Assembly: GCA_965203805.1 (NCBI GenBank)
Contig: OZ241917.1
Coordinates: 992,001-1,056,000 of the forward strand
DNA from: Candidatus Latescibacterota bacterium
GTDB taxonomy: Bacteria; Latescibacterota; UBA2968; GCA-2709665
Direction: 5' to 3'
DNA: 64,000 nucleotides
Each line of letters begins with the position of its first letter. Position 1 is the first letter of the stretch. Shown here piece after piece: positions 47,474 through 57,341 of the stretch. The notes beneath the pieces are model-generated. The model had not been told where the DNA came from. It saw only the letters and a list, made by a program, of their open reading frames with translations, and did not search any database. Position numbers and translations under genes: made by a program.

Positions 47474-47827
47474 CTAAGGGGTTGCCTGCGTCGCTTCGGG
47501 TACGTATTCCGGCCTCGGCGGGGAGAATACGTCAATCACAAGGCTGTTTTCAAGTACCCGTGAACGATGGGGTTCGTTCGATCCAAAATGGAAGAACGTC
47601 CCGGATTCAAACACGTAACGCGTTTCCGGTTCCCCCACGAAAAATTCAATCCGCCCCCGGATGACGTACCCCATTTGCTCCTCGGGATGCCGATGCACCC
47701 CAAACTCGGCCCCCGCCATGACCTCGTACCGGGTCAACATCAGATTCTCTCCGCTGATCGTACGGCGTACAGCAAGATCAGATAGCGACTTGGCAGATAG
47801 ATCTTTATCTTTAACAACCAGAGCCAT
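47474..47827 (-). CDS. Cupin domain protein
   Basis: HRHPEEQMGYV ... NEPH ... DVFSPPR cupin motifs; AAGGAG RBS. Confidence 0.9.
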   Translation of the reverse strand: MALVVKDKDLSAKSLSDLAVRRTISGENLMLTRYEVMAGAEFGVHRHPEEQMGYVIRGRIEFFVGEPETRYVFESGTFFHFGSNEPHRSRVLENSLVIDVFSPPRPEYVPEATQATP

Positions 47828-47939
47828 TTATATCACTCCTTTATGAACTCGCGAATGGCGACATCCAAAGCCCCGCGTGATGCATCCGACGGACGGCCGT
47901 CGCATCTTCGGGGTGGCGTGATACGCCCTTCACGGTTGA

Positions 47940-48584
47940 TCACTTCCCAAGTTCCACCGTACCCCACAGGCTCGGATCGTAAGATACCGGAAGCGGTTCA
48001 TCCGACGTCCAGAACTGTCGTCCCCGCTTCCGGTCCTGGAGCAAATAGGTGAATCCGAGCAGGCGGTTTTCTTCCGGCTCGAACCCTGTCAACACTTCCG
48101 CCGGCAAATGGACCTCCATGCTGTATCCGGTTCCGGATGCATCGCTGGCCACCTTCAGCTCGGAAGGGTCGCAGAGCCTTGAATGCGCGCGGGCCCTGCG
48201 GATTGCCACCTGACCTCCTCTCGGTTTTCGGTTTGCCGCACCCGGCAGAAAAAAGAAGTGGTGACAGTAACGGCTCGCCCGGTGCGCGTTCCGGACGTTG
48301 CGGGTATCGACCCAGACCTGCAAGCCATCTCCCTGCAACGGACGTCGTTCGTCCACCTTTGCGCCCGCCCCATTTTTCACGTCTGCTGCGAAATAGAGGC
48401 CGCGTTCGTTCCAGGCAGCGTATATGTCGGCAAACGCTTCCCGTCCGTCCAGTGCCGTAAGGTCCGGAATCCGGTACTTCGCGCCCCACTCGTTCAGGTC
48501 TCCGTTGAGGACCGGTGGATCCATGCGGTGCGGGCATGTCCACGCGAAACTGAAGAGGGCCCGTCTGGGGATTTCCAGATTCAT
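47940..48584 (-). CDS. CBM9-like / DOMON-type sugar-binding domain protein
   Basis: PVLNGDLNEW, YAAWNERGLYFA, GDGLQVWVDTR, YSMEVHLP and DPSLWG; overlaps the upstream stop (ATGA). Confidence 0.75.
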   Translation of the reverse strand: MNLEIPRRALFSFAWTCPHRMDPPVLNGDLNEWGAKYRIPDLTALDGREAFADIYAAWNERGLYFAADVKNGAGAKVDERRPLQGDGLQVWVDTRNVRNAHRASRYCHHFFFLPGAANRKPRGGQVAIRRARAHSRLCDPSELKVASDASGTGYSMEVHLPAEVLTGFEPEENRLLGFTYLLQDRKRGRQFWTSDEPLPVSYDPSLWGTVELGK

Positions 48585-49642
48585 CGATCCGATTCTCCGT
48601 CCGGCAACACCAGGTTGCCGGCTTTCCGGACGACCGTCGAATTCTCCAACGTGTTTCCCTGGAGGAGAATCGGCCGGTTCGTGCCGGTCTGGTCGTTGAC
48701 GATCAGGTCGACGTTCTGGAAGTGATTTCCGGTAACCGCCATGCCCGCGCCGGTAAGCCAGAGAGGCAATCGCTGTGCCCGGTCCGGCCCGCGGATCACG
48801 TTTCCAGAAACGGATGAATTAAGTCCGCGCACGTCCATCGCCAATCCCAGATCCCCTCCCTCGTCGACCATCACGATATTGCCCGATATCACGTGGCGCT
48901 CGGAATCGGCCCATGACCGGAAGGCGATATCCAGGTCGCCGCCGTCAAGCACATGCACCACGTTGTTCGCCATAACGATCGAATCTCCCGCATCGGATCC
49001 AACCGCAACGTGCGTTCGGCCGGTTATCTCTACGAAATTGCCCGTGACAAATCCCGGTCCGCCCAGGAGTTCCACCGCGTCTGAATGCGCATTGCCCAAA
49101 CGGTTGTTGACAACCCGCATGTTGGGCCCCTGCAGCATGATGCCCAGGCGCTGTGAATTCAGGACCGTGCAATTCTCAATTGTGATATTGTGGGTCGGTA
49201 GTGGACAGGAGCCGCCGGGTTCCGCGCAGAATGCCTTGATGCCGTTGTATTCGAACCGGCCGTGGGAGACATTCAGAAACTCAGCGCCGTCATACGGATT
49301 CTGATCTCGATTCTGGTCCACCCAGAGATCCCGTATTGTGATATTTCCCACGCCGTTCCCAATGATGCGAATCACGTTCGTATTCTGTCCTGGCGCCAGA
49401 ATCAGCCGTGTTGCCGCGCCCTGCCCCGCCAGCGTCACATTGCTGCGGTCGATGATCAATCCGCCGAGCGAACCCTCCATCTTGCGGATGTCATAGACGC
49501 CGTCCATCAGGTTCACCGTGCCGCCAGAGGAGGGAAGCGCACGAATCGCCGCGTAGATTTCCTCCTGATCGCCGCGCCCGTCGCCGACGAAATCGGCCGC
49601 GGCCCTGGACTTTTGAGACGAATCTCGGGTTGCTACGACCAT
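48581..49642 (-). CDS. Right-handed parallel beta-helix (pectin lyase/NosD-like) protein
   Basis: GGTVNLMDGVY cap, NVTLAGQG, and repeated V/I-x-G/N-N ladders (VTGNF, MANNV, ISGNI, VSGNV, VTGNH). Confidence 0.8.
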   Translation of the reverse strand: MVVATRDSSQKSRAAADFVGDGRGDQEEIYAAIRALPSSGGTVNLMDGVYDIRKMEGSLGGLIIDRSNVTLAGQGAATRLILAPGQNTNVIRIIGNGVGNITIRDLWVDQNRDQNPYDGAEFLNVSHGRFEYNGIKAFCAEPGGSCPLPTHNITIENCTVLNSQRLGIMLQGPNMRVVNNRLGNAHSDAVELLGGPGFVTGNFVEITGRTHVAVGSDAGDSIVMANNVVHVLDGGDLDIAFRSWADSERHVISGNIVMVDEGGDLGLAMDVRGLNSSVSGNVIRGPDRAQRLPLWLTGAGMAVTGNHFQNVDLIVNDQTGTNRPILLQGNTLENSTVVRKAGNLVLPDGESDR

Positions 49643-49738
49643 CGTTTACCTCCGCGTGAAGAAGGTGAAAAGCCCTGGTCAGGTCCGGTTTCCGCGCGGC
49701 TTGGACCTTATCCCTCTCGAATGAAACGCCTGGATGCG

Positions 49739-52700
49739 TCAGGCGTGCACCTCCGGCACAGGCGGCAAACCCGAATTACCCGGGTCAAGCAATTTCCTCA
49801 GAAACCGGCCCGTATGCGACGCATCGACACGAGCCACTTCCTCAGGCGTGCCCTCGGCGACCAGGCACCCGCCGTTTTCACCGCCTTCCGGCCCAAGGTC
49901 GATGATCCAGTCCGCCGTCCTGATGACATCGAGATTGTGCTCGATGACGATGACCGTATTGCCGGCGTCTACAATTCGATTCAACACGTCGAGCAGTCTG
50001 GCAACGTCGGCAACATGCAATCCGGTGGTGGGCTCGTCCAGCAGATACACGGTCTTGCCGGTATTCGGCCGGGCGAGTTCTCTGGCGAGTTTGACCCTTT
50101 GCGCTTCTCCGCCTGACAGGGTGGTGGACGCCTGCCCCATCCTGATATACCCCAGTCCAACATCCGCCAGCGTCTTGAGGGTGCGACGGATACCCGGCAC
50201 GTTTCCGAACTGCCGCAACGCCTCGTCTACCGTCATCTCCAGTACGTCGGCAATCGACCGGCCCTTATAAAGGACATTCACCACATCCCGGTTGTACCGT
50301 TTCCCGTGACAGTCCTCGCAGGTCACCCAGACATCGGGAAGGAAATGCATTTCGATGCACCTCGATCCCAAACCCTTACAGGCCTCGCATCGGCCTTTCC
50401 GGTGATTGAAGCTGAAGTGCCCCGGCGAAAACCCCCGGATCCGCGCATCGGGCAACTGCGCGTAGAGTTTCCGAACCCTGTCAAACACCTTAACGTAGGT
50501 CGCCGGGTTGCTACGCGGCGAAAAGCCGATCGGGGACTGGTCGATCCTGATCACCTTGTCTATGCCATCCATCCCCCGGACATCGTCATGATCTCCAGCA
50601 GCCCCATGGGCGCCGTTCAACCTCGCCGCCAGTGCCCCGTAAAGGACATCGTTCACAAGCGAAGACTTTCCCGAACCCGACACGCCGGTGACGCCGATAA
50701 GCATCCCGAGCGGAAATCTTACGTCAAGATCCCTCAGATTGTTGTGACGCGCACCCACCACCTCCACGCACCCTTTCAAGGCCAATCTTCGTGGCGGCGA
50801 GGCAATGGCCAGCGTGCCCTCCAGATACTTCGCAGTCAGGGAACCGCTCTCTGTGCTCAGGCATTTCGGATGCCCCTCGGCAACCAGCGTTCCCCCGCCG
50901 GACCCCGCGCCGGGCCCGAAATCCACAATGTGGTCTGCGGTTTCCAGCGTTTCGCGGTCGTGCTCCACCACGATGAGGGTATTGCCGAGGTCCCGCAACC
51001 GGGCCAGCGCGGCAAGCAACCGGCGATTATCCCGCTGATGGAGTCCGATGGTAGGTTCATCCAGCACGTACAGCACACCGGTCAGCCCGGATCCGATCTG
51101 GCTGGCAAGGCGGATCCGCTGCGCCTCGCCGCCGGACAACGTGGGCGCCCTTCGTGAAAGCGACAGGTAACCCAACCCGACTTCATGCAGGAACCGCATT
51201 CTGACACGGATTTCCTGGATGACCTCTCCGACCGCGTCCAATTCCGGGCCGGTCAGTTCCAGATCTTCAAGCCAGCGCCTTGACGACACGATGGGCAAGT
51301 CGACCAATTCGCAAAGTGTGGTACCGCTCAAACGGACTGCGGCGCTTTCCGGCTTCAGGCGCGCGCCCCTGCACGCGAGGCACGGCACGTCTTCCACCAG
51401 TTCTCCCAACTTTTCGCGAAATCGCGGGGACAGCCTCACCAGTTCCTCAAGCGAATTGAACAGTCCCTTGTATCTGAATCGCAGACCGTCCGATTGCGAA
51501 ATCCATCGTTCTCCGGTACCGTATAGAAGCGCTTCGAGTGCTGATTGGGACATCTGCGCGACCGGCGTCTCGAGGTCGAATTCTCCCGCGTCGCCTACCG
51601 CACGCATCAGCGCCGCCAACGGACCGCCCTTCAGTCTGCCGAGAACCGGCACGGCCCCTTCGGACAGAGACTTACCCGGGTCCGGAATCAGCGTGTTCTT
51701 TCCCATCCCCTTCTGGGTTCCTAGGCCCTCACACGAGTCACACCAGCCTTCATGGCTGTTGAACGAAAGGTGCTGCGGGGTTATCTCGTCGAAACTCCTC
51801 CCACATTTCGGGCAGGACAGAACCTGGCTGAATCTGGTTTCCTCAACATCGTCCGGGGACGCCACGATGACCACCCCGCCTGACAACACCAGGGCTTTTT
51901 CAATCGAGTCCGCAATGCGCTTCCGTACGCCAGGTTTGAGCGTAACGCGATCCACCAGAATCTCAAGGCGGTGTGACTGACGATAGTCGATCTCGCCAGG
52001 CGTTTTCAACTCGAACACCTCGCCGTCCAGCCGGCCCCTGAGGTATCCCGCCCGCGAAGCCCTGGTGATCAAGACGTGGTAATCCTCACCTCTGCCCGGC
52101 CTCTGCGGGCTCAGCAGATAGATGCGTCTTCCGGAGGGCATTGCCAGAATCCGGTCGACGATCTGCTGAACGGCCAGCGCCCCCGCCTGCACGCCGCAAT
52201 CCGGACAATAGACCTTTCCGATCAGCGCGAACAGCGCCCGCAGGTAGTCGTATACTTCCGTTACCGTGCCGACGGTGGAGCGAGGATTCTTGCTGGCTGC
52301 CTTCTGCTCAATGGCAATAGCGGGCGACAATCCGATCACGCGCTCGACCTTCGGTTTGGGCAATTGCCCCAGGAACTGCCGTGCATATGCCGACAACGAC
52401 TCGACATATCGCCGCTGACCCTCGGCGAATACCGTATCCAGCGCCAGCGAAGACTTGCCCGATCCCGATACACCCGATACGACGGTCAATTTCTCGCGCG
52501 GAATCCGCACATCCACGTTCCGAAGATTGTTCTCCCTGGCGCCGGCGACCTGAATTTCACGAATCGGACCCCTGTCCCTGCCTCGACGGTCCGAAGCGCC
52601 GTCGTGCCGGACCGGGTCGGGGCCGTGCTTCAACGTGGAACGCAGAGACCGGCCGGTGAACGATCGCCGGGACCGCGCAATGTGTTCCGGCGTACCCTCC

Positions 52701-55438
52701 GCCACCACGTTCCCGCCCGATTCTCCGCCGCCGGGCCCAAGGTCGATAACCCAATCCGCCGTCTTGATGACATCCATGTTGTGTTCGATGACGACGACCG
52801 TATTGCCCAGATCCACGAGCCGGTGCAGTACCTTCAGCAGATTCTGTATATCCGAGAAGTGCAAGCCTGTCGTAGGTTCATCCAGAATATAAAGTGTAGA
52901 TCCTGTCTGTTTGCGGCACAACTCTTTAGACAGCTTCACACGTTGAGCTTCGCCACCGGATAACGTCGGCGCGGGCTGCCCCAGCTTTACGTAGCCCATG
53001 CCCACCTCGACCAGCACCTCGAGAATCCGATGGATCTGTGGCACCGCATCGAAGAAGGCGCAAGCCCGCTCCACCTCCATATCCAGCACGTCCGCGATGG
53101 ACGCCCCCCTGTACCGAATATCCAGCGTCTCCCGGTTGAATCGTTGCCCCTCGCATACCGGGCACGTCACCCAGACGTCGGCAAGGAAATCCATTTCAAC
53201 GACATTGGCGCCATTCCCGGTACAGGCTTCGCATCGGCCGCCCTTCACGTTGAAACTGAACCGGCCGGGGCGGTACCCTCTCACCCTGGATTCCCTGAGG
53301 TCCGCGTACAACGCTCTGATCGGGCCGAACACCCCGGTGTACGTGGCGGGATTGCTCCTGGGCGTGCGTCCGATGGGCTGCTGATCGATCTCAATCACCT
53401 TATCCAGGGCATCCATGCCTTCGATACGCTCGAATGCACCGGGTTCGGTCTCGGCGCGGTTCAGGTCTCGCGCCAGCGTTCTGTAGACAATGTCGTTAAT
53501 GAGCGAACTCTTCCCGGAACCGGATACCCCCGTTACGCAGTTGAAAACCCCGAGGGGAAGTTCGACGTCGATCCCCTTGAGGTTGTTCTGTCGCGCACCG
53601 AAAACGGAGAGGCACCGACCATTCTGCGCCCTTCGCCCCGGTATGGCAATCGATCGTCTTCCGGAGAGAAAGGCGCCCGTGCTTGACCGTTCCGAAAGCG
53701 CGATCTTCCGCCAGGATCCGCAAGCGACCACCTCCCCGCCCTTGTGACCGGCCCCCGGCCCGAAATCTACAATCCGGTCCGCACGCCTCATCGTCTCCTC
53801 GTCGTGCTCCACCACAATGATCGTGTTTCCCGCATCCCGCAGCAGGCACAGCGCGTCCAGCAGCCTTTTGTTGTCGCGCTGGTGCAGTCCGATCGACGGT
53901 TCGTCCAACACGTAGGTTACCCCGACCAGCCCGCTGCCGATCTGCCCCGCCAGCCGGATGCGCTGGGCCTCGCCGCCGGAAAGGGACGGCGCGGTCCGAT
54001 CCAGCGTCAGGTAATCGAGCCCGACGTCGAGCAGGAATCTGAGCCGGCCCAGAATCTCCTTGAGCGCATCCTCGCCGATCATGCGCCGGGTCGCCGTCAG
54101 GTTCAGTCCGTGGAAAAACGCGAAGGCATCCGCCACCGACATCGCTGCGACCGCCGGCAGCGACGTACCCTCGATCGTCACCGCAGCGGCTTCCGGTCTC
54201 AGACGCTCGCCCCGGCACGACGGACACCGCCCCGTCCGCATGTAAGGCCCCAGCCTTCGCCTCCATGCCGGAGAACCCGCCTCCGCGTACCGGCGTTCCA
54301 GTGGTGGGAAAATACCCTCGAAAGCATCGTGATGCGTCCAGACACGACCATCCCGCCGCTGCCATTCCAGCTGGATGCGGTCCTTCACGCCGTACAGCAG
54401 TTCCTCGCGAGCAGCCCCGGATAATTCCCGCCACGGCGTATCGACGTCCGCCCCGTGACGCTTCAATACACCGTTATAATAGTGTATCTTCCAGCGGTTC
54501 CGCGGTTCGCCGAGCGGCGCGATCGCCCCGTCCATGACCGACAGGGTGTCGTCCGGAACCGAGCGCTTCGGATCCAGGGCAATCTGAGTGCCGAGGCCCT
54601 TGCACGCGGAACACATTCCCTGCGGATTGTTGAAGGAAAACAGCTGAGGCGTGGGTTCCGTTGCGCTCAATCCGCACTTCGTGCAGGAGAAGTTGGAACT
54701 CAGCAGCAAATCCTCCCCGTCCTCGAATCCCACGATAAGGGTACCATTGCCGAATCCGAGTGCTGCATCGACCGCTTCCCCGATATGTCCATGTCCATCC
54801 GCCCGCACCACAAGCCGATCGACCACAAGGTCGATGTCGTGCCGGATGTGTCGTTCGAGTCGCTGCGAGTCCGTCAGCTGCACCATCCGTCCATCAACGC
54901 GGACACGGAGATAACCGTCCCTCTGCAGATCGTCGAACAGGTCCTGGTACTCCCCTTTTCGCCCGCGGACAAGCGGCGCCAGGACATAGATCCGCGTTCC
55001 GGCGCCCAACGCCATGATCCGATTCACAATACCGTCGCGCGTCTGACCGCCGATCGGCGTTCCGCACGATACGCAATGCGGCTCGCCAACCCTTGCATAC
55101 AGTACGCGAAGGTAGTCGTAGATCTCCGTCATCGTGCCAACCGTCGACCTGGGATTCCGTGCGGCAGTCTTCTGCTCTATAGACACCGTTGGCGAAAGGC
55201 CTGTAATCTGATCGACGTCGGGCTTTCGTATCTGCCCCAGAAACTGGCGCGCATACGCGGAAAGGGACTCGATATATCGACGCTGGCCCTCCGCAAAGAT
55301 CGTATCGAAGGCCAGCGAGGACTTTCCGGAGCCCGAAACGCCCGTGAAACAGATCAGTTGATTTCGAGGCACGGTGAGGTTCACATCCTTCAGGTTGTGA
55401 ACCCGCGCCCCTTTGATGACGATGTCTCGTGTTTCCAT
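49739..55438 (-). CDS. uvrA: Excinuclease ABC subunit A, double-length (two fused UvrA units)
   Basis: Four GVSGSGKSS Walker A and four LSGGEAQR signatures, two sets of Zn fingers, and EGQRRY twice. The linker lies near 52560-52640. Confidence 0.96.
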   Translation of the reverse strand: METRDIVIKGARVHNLKDVNLTVPRNQLICFTGVSGSGKSSLAFDTIFAEGQRRYIESLSAYARQFLGQIRKPDVDQITGLSPTVSIEQKTAARNPRSTVGTMTEIYDYLRVLYARVGEPHCVSCGTPIGGQTRDGIVNRIMALGAGTRIYVLAPLVRGRKGEYQDLFDDLQRDGYLRVRVDGRMVQLTDSQRLERHIRHDIDLVVDRLVVRADGHGHIGEAVDAALGFGNGTLIVGFEDGEDLLLSSNFSCTKCGLSATEPTPQLFSFNNPQGMCSACKGLGTQIALDPKRSVPDDTLSVMDGAIAPLGEPRNRWKIHYYNGVLKRHGADVDTPWRELSGAAREELLYGVKDRIQLEWQRRDGRVWTHHDAFEGIFPPLERRYAEAGSPAWRRRLGPYMRTGRCPSCRGERLRPEAAAVTIEGTSLPAVAAMSVADAFAFFHGLNLTATRRMIGEDALKEILGRLRFLLDVGLDYLTLDRTAPSLSGGEAQRIRLAGQIGSGLVGVTYVLDEPSIGLHQRDNKRLLDALCLLRDAGNTIIVVEHDEETMRRADRIVDFGPGAGHKGGEVVACGSWRKIALSERSSTGAFLSGRRSIAIPGRRAQNGRCLSVFGARQNNLKGIDVELPLGVFNCVTGVSGSGKSSLINDIVYRTLARDLNRAETEPGAFERIEGMDALDKVIEIDQQPIGRTPRSNPATYTGVFGPIRALYADLRESRVRGYRPGRFSFNVKGGRCEACTGNGANVVEMDFLADVWVTCPVCEGQRFNRETLDIRYRGASIADVLDMEVERACAFFDAVPQIHRILEVLVEVGMGYVKLGQPAPTLSGGEAQRVKLSKELCRKQTGSTLYILDEPTTGLHFSDIQNLLKVLHRLVDLGNTVVVIEHNMDVIKTADWVIDLGPGGGESGGNVVAEGTPEHIARSRRSFTGRSLRSTLKHGPDPVRHDGASDRRGRDRGPIREIQVAGARENNLRNVDVRIPREKLTVVSGVSGSGKSSLALDTVFAEGQRRYVESLSAYARQFLGQLPKPKVERVIGLSPAIAIEQKAASKNPRSTVGTVTEVYDYLRALFALIGKVYCPDCGVQAGALAVQQIVDRILAMPSGRRIYLLSPQRPGRGEDYHVLITRASRAGYLRGRLDGEVFELKTPGEIDYRQSHRLEILVDRVTLKPGVRKRIADSIEKALVLSGGVVIVASPDDVEETRFSQVLSCPKCGRSFDEITPQHLSFNSHEGWCDSCEGLGTQKGMGKNTLIPDPGKSLSEGAVPVLGRLKGGPLAALMRAVGDAGEFDLETPVAQMSQSALEALLYGTGERWISQSDGLRFRYKGLFNSLEELVRLSPRFREKLGELVEDVPCLACRGARLKPESAAVRLSGTTLCELVDLPIVSSRRWLEDLELTGPELDAVGEVIQEIRVRMRFLHEVGLGYLSLSRRAPTLSGGEAQRIRLASQIGSGLTGVLYVLDEPTIGLHQRDNRRLLAALARLRDLGNTLIVVEHDRETLETADHIVDFGPGAGSGGGTLVAEGHPKCLSTESGSLTAKYLEGTLAIASPPRRLALKGCVEVVGARHNNLRDLDVRFPLGMLIGVTGVSGSGKSSLVNDVLYGALAARLNGAHGAAGDHDDVRGMDGIDKVIRIDQSPIGFSPRSNPATYVKVFDRVRKLYAQLPDARIRGFSPGHFSFNHRKGRCEACKGLGSRCIEMHFLPDVWVTCEDCHGKRYNRDVVNVLYKGRSIADVLEMTVDEALRQFGNVPGIRRTLKTLADVGLGYIRMGQASTTLSGGEAQRVKLARELARPNTGKTVYLLDEPTTGLHVADVARLLDVLNRIVDAGNTVIVIEHNLDVIRTADWIIDLGPEGGENGGCLVAEGTPEEVARVDASHTGRFLRKLLDPGNSGLPPVPEVHA

Positions 55439-55640
55439 GAATCCGTCTCTCTACCCGGTTCCGCTTCAGGGAAAAACCCTGACTCCCGTATTTGCGGTCC
55501 GGACCGGACTTACACTGCGACACGCTGCGCCGGCTCCGTCCACCGGTCGCGACGAGCCACCGGGAAACCGGTTCAGCGTTGTGGTGAATCGTATGGGACA
55601 ACCGTTCCCTGCGGGTACCGGCACGCGACAATGGATTCGC

Positions 55641-55669
55641 AATATACTATCCAAATGTTCAGGTATCAA
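55641..55669 (-). promoter_or_regulatory. sigma70 promoter for uvrA
   Basis: Minus strand TTGATA, 17 nt, TATATT. Confidence 0.65.
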
Positions 55670-55782
55670 GGAAAACCTATATTGGCGCCTGTGATAACAC
55701 GACTGCAACGCGACCGTCTGCCTCCCGCCGACGGGTTCCTGGCCGGGTCCCTGAAATCCGAGGCGATCCCTGCTACCAAACG

Positions 55783-55820
55783 ATCAAAAGCGCCTTTATC
55801 CCCACGGACAAAGACGCTTT
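55783..55820 (-). terminator. Intrinsic terminator after the STAS gene
   Basis: Minus strand AAAGCGTCTTTGTCC-GTGG-GGATAAAGGCGCTTT-T. Confidence 0.65.
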
Positions 55821-55846
55821 CGTTGACACTTCCGGTTGTGGGTTCG

Positions 55847-56200
55847 TTACTCGGGCGGCTGGGTCTTGAAGCTGGCCACCGCACGGTCCACCGTATCCAG
55901 GGTCCGGAAGATACCCGCCAGCTGCGTGACCATCAGAATACTCTCGATTTTCCGCGTAATGCCCGTGAGCCGCATATCTCCGCCCGCATGCCGAACGGTG
56001 GTCAGACTGGCAGTCATGACCCCCAGCATCGAACTGCCGAACCATTTCACCTTTGAAAAATCGACAACCACCCGGCTGATTCCGTCTTTAACCAGCCGTT
56101 TGATGTGGTCGTGAAACTCGGCCACTTCAGGGCCGGACATCAGGGCGCCCGTTACCGTGAGTACGGCAACGTCCTCCCGGATCTCCTCATTGATCTTCAT
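55847..56200 (-). CDS. STAS domain anti-sigma factor antagonist
   Basis: VVVDFSKVKWFGSSMLGVM (conserved phosphorylatable Ser region) and GGDMRL; 117 aa. Confidence 0.9.
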   Translation of the reverse strand: MKINEEIREDVAVLTVTGALMSGPEVAEFHDHIKRLVKDGISRVVVDFSKVKWFGSSMLGVMTASLTTVRHAGGDMRLTGITRKIESILMVTQLAGIFRTLDTVDRAVASFKTQPPE

Positions 56201-56300
56201 GGTTCTTCCCCCTCAATGGTTTCTGGTTGCAACCAACTGCTGCATCGTTCGAAATAACACGTTTTATACATCAGATTCCGCAAAGAGTTGCCGCAGTTCC

Positions 56301-56329
56301 AATATAAATGCTAATCTGTCAGGGATCAA
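56301..56329 (-). promoter_or_regulatory. sigma70 promoter for the STAS gene
   Basis: Minus strand TTGATC, 17 nt, TATATT. Confidence 0.6.
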
Positions 56330-56371
56330 GCAAGGAATTTTGCGGGGTCGGGTATTTTGGCGGTTTTCGCC

Positions 56372-56401
56372 TTGACAAAGCCCTGTTCGACCGCTTATTT
56401 A
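56372..56401 (+). promoter_or_regulatory. Putative sigma70 promoter for the isomerase-dehydrogenase-phnA run
   Basis: TTGACA, 18 nt, TATTTA. Confidence 0.45.
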
Positions 56402-56454
56402 CTGGCGCTGAACCCGCGACAATAAACATTCCGTCACAAGAGAAGGCAAGCGTT

Positions 56455-57249
56455 ATGGAACTTGGATGCAGTACGATACTATACGGCGGATATGACCTGA
56501 ACGTCGCCTTGGAGCGGATACGGTCGGCCGGCTACCGGGCCATCGAACTCTGTTGTATTCCGGGGATGGCCCCTCACCTGTCCATTGGCGAAAGCAACGC
56601 GTATTACCGTGATGTCAGACGCCTGGCCGCGAACCACAGGTTGGAAATCGAATCGCTCGGCGCGAGCGGCAATCTGGACGACGAGGACCGCTTCCTTCAG
56701 ATCCTGGACGCTGCGAACGCACTCGGCGCGCCCATGGTCACGACAGGTCCGGGGGGTAAACCGGACGACGAACCGGAATTCAACGCCACCGTTGAAAGAA
56801 TCAACCGTCTTGCGGGCCAGGCCGCCCGCCGCGGCGTGCGGCTCAGCATCAAGCCTCACGTGGGCAACGCAGTCTACAACACGGACACCGCGTACCGCTT
56901 CATGCAACAGGTCGATCCACGCCGGGTGGGCATCAACTACGACGCCACCCACATCTGGCGCAGCCCGCAGCGGGAAGTGCCCGAGGAAACGATCGGCAGA
57001 ATCAGTAAATACATCTCTTCGGTAAGAATCCGTGACGTAAAAGGCAGGCAGACCGCAATTGGACCGGTGGAGACCCAGGTGGCCGGCAACGGGGATATGG
57101 ATCTCCACGCCCAGGCGCGCGCGTTCGGGGCGATTCCGGGGATCGAGTACGCCGTTCTCGAGATCGTAGGTACGCGGGACATGGGCGTGGATGAGATTGA
57201 CAGCGTTGTCAGGCGTTCCTACGATTACTTCAGCCCGCTGTTCGTGTGA
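56455..57249 (+). CDS. Sugar phosphate isomerase/epimerase (xylose isomerase-like TIM barrel)
   Basis: GYRAIEL, SIKPH, INYDATH, VRIRD, GNGDMD and VLE. Confidence 0.85.
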   Translation: MELGCSTILYGGYDLNVALERIRSAGYRAIELCCIPGMAPHLSIGESNAYYRDVRRLAANHRLEIESLGASGNLDDEDRFLQILDAANALGAPMVTTGPGGKPDDEPEFNATVERINRLAGQAARRGVRLSIKPHVGNAVYNTDTAYRFMQQVDPRRVGINYDATHIWRSPQREVPEETIGRISKYISSVRIRDVKGRQTAIGPVETQVAGNGDMDLHAQARAFGAIPGIEYAVLEIVGTRDMGVDEIDSVVRRSYDYFSPLFV

Positions 57250-57341
57250 GAAGTAACCAATCGCGACGATTCGCACGGCATCCGTCTGTCTACCCGGCTT
57301 ACGGTGTTGAACGTTCCCGGTTTCCGTCAAGGAGCATTGAC

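Noticed and set aside
47871-47913. Long imperfect hairpin between the CBM9-like and cupin genes
   Set aside because: Bulged stem with a weak U-tract and no second copy seen; it cannot be distinguished from GC-rich background.
55649-55661. LexA (GAAC-N4-GTTC) box in the uvrA promoter spacer
   Set aside because: Only one half-site matches (GAAC-ATTT-GGAT), too weak to call without a genome-wide motif.
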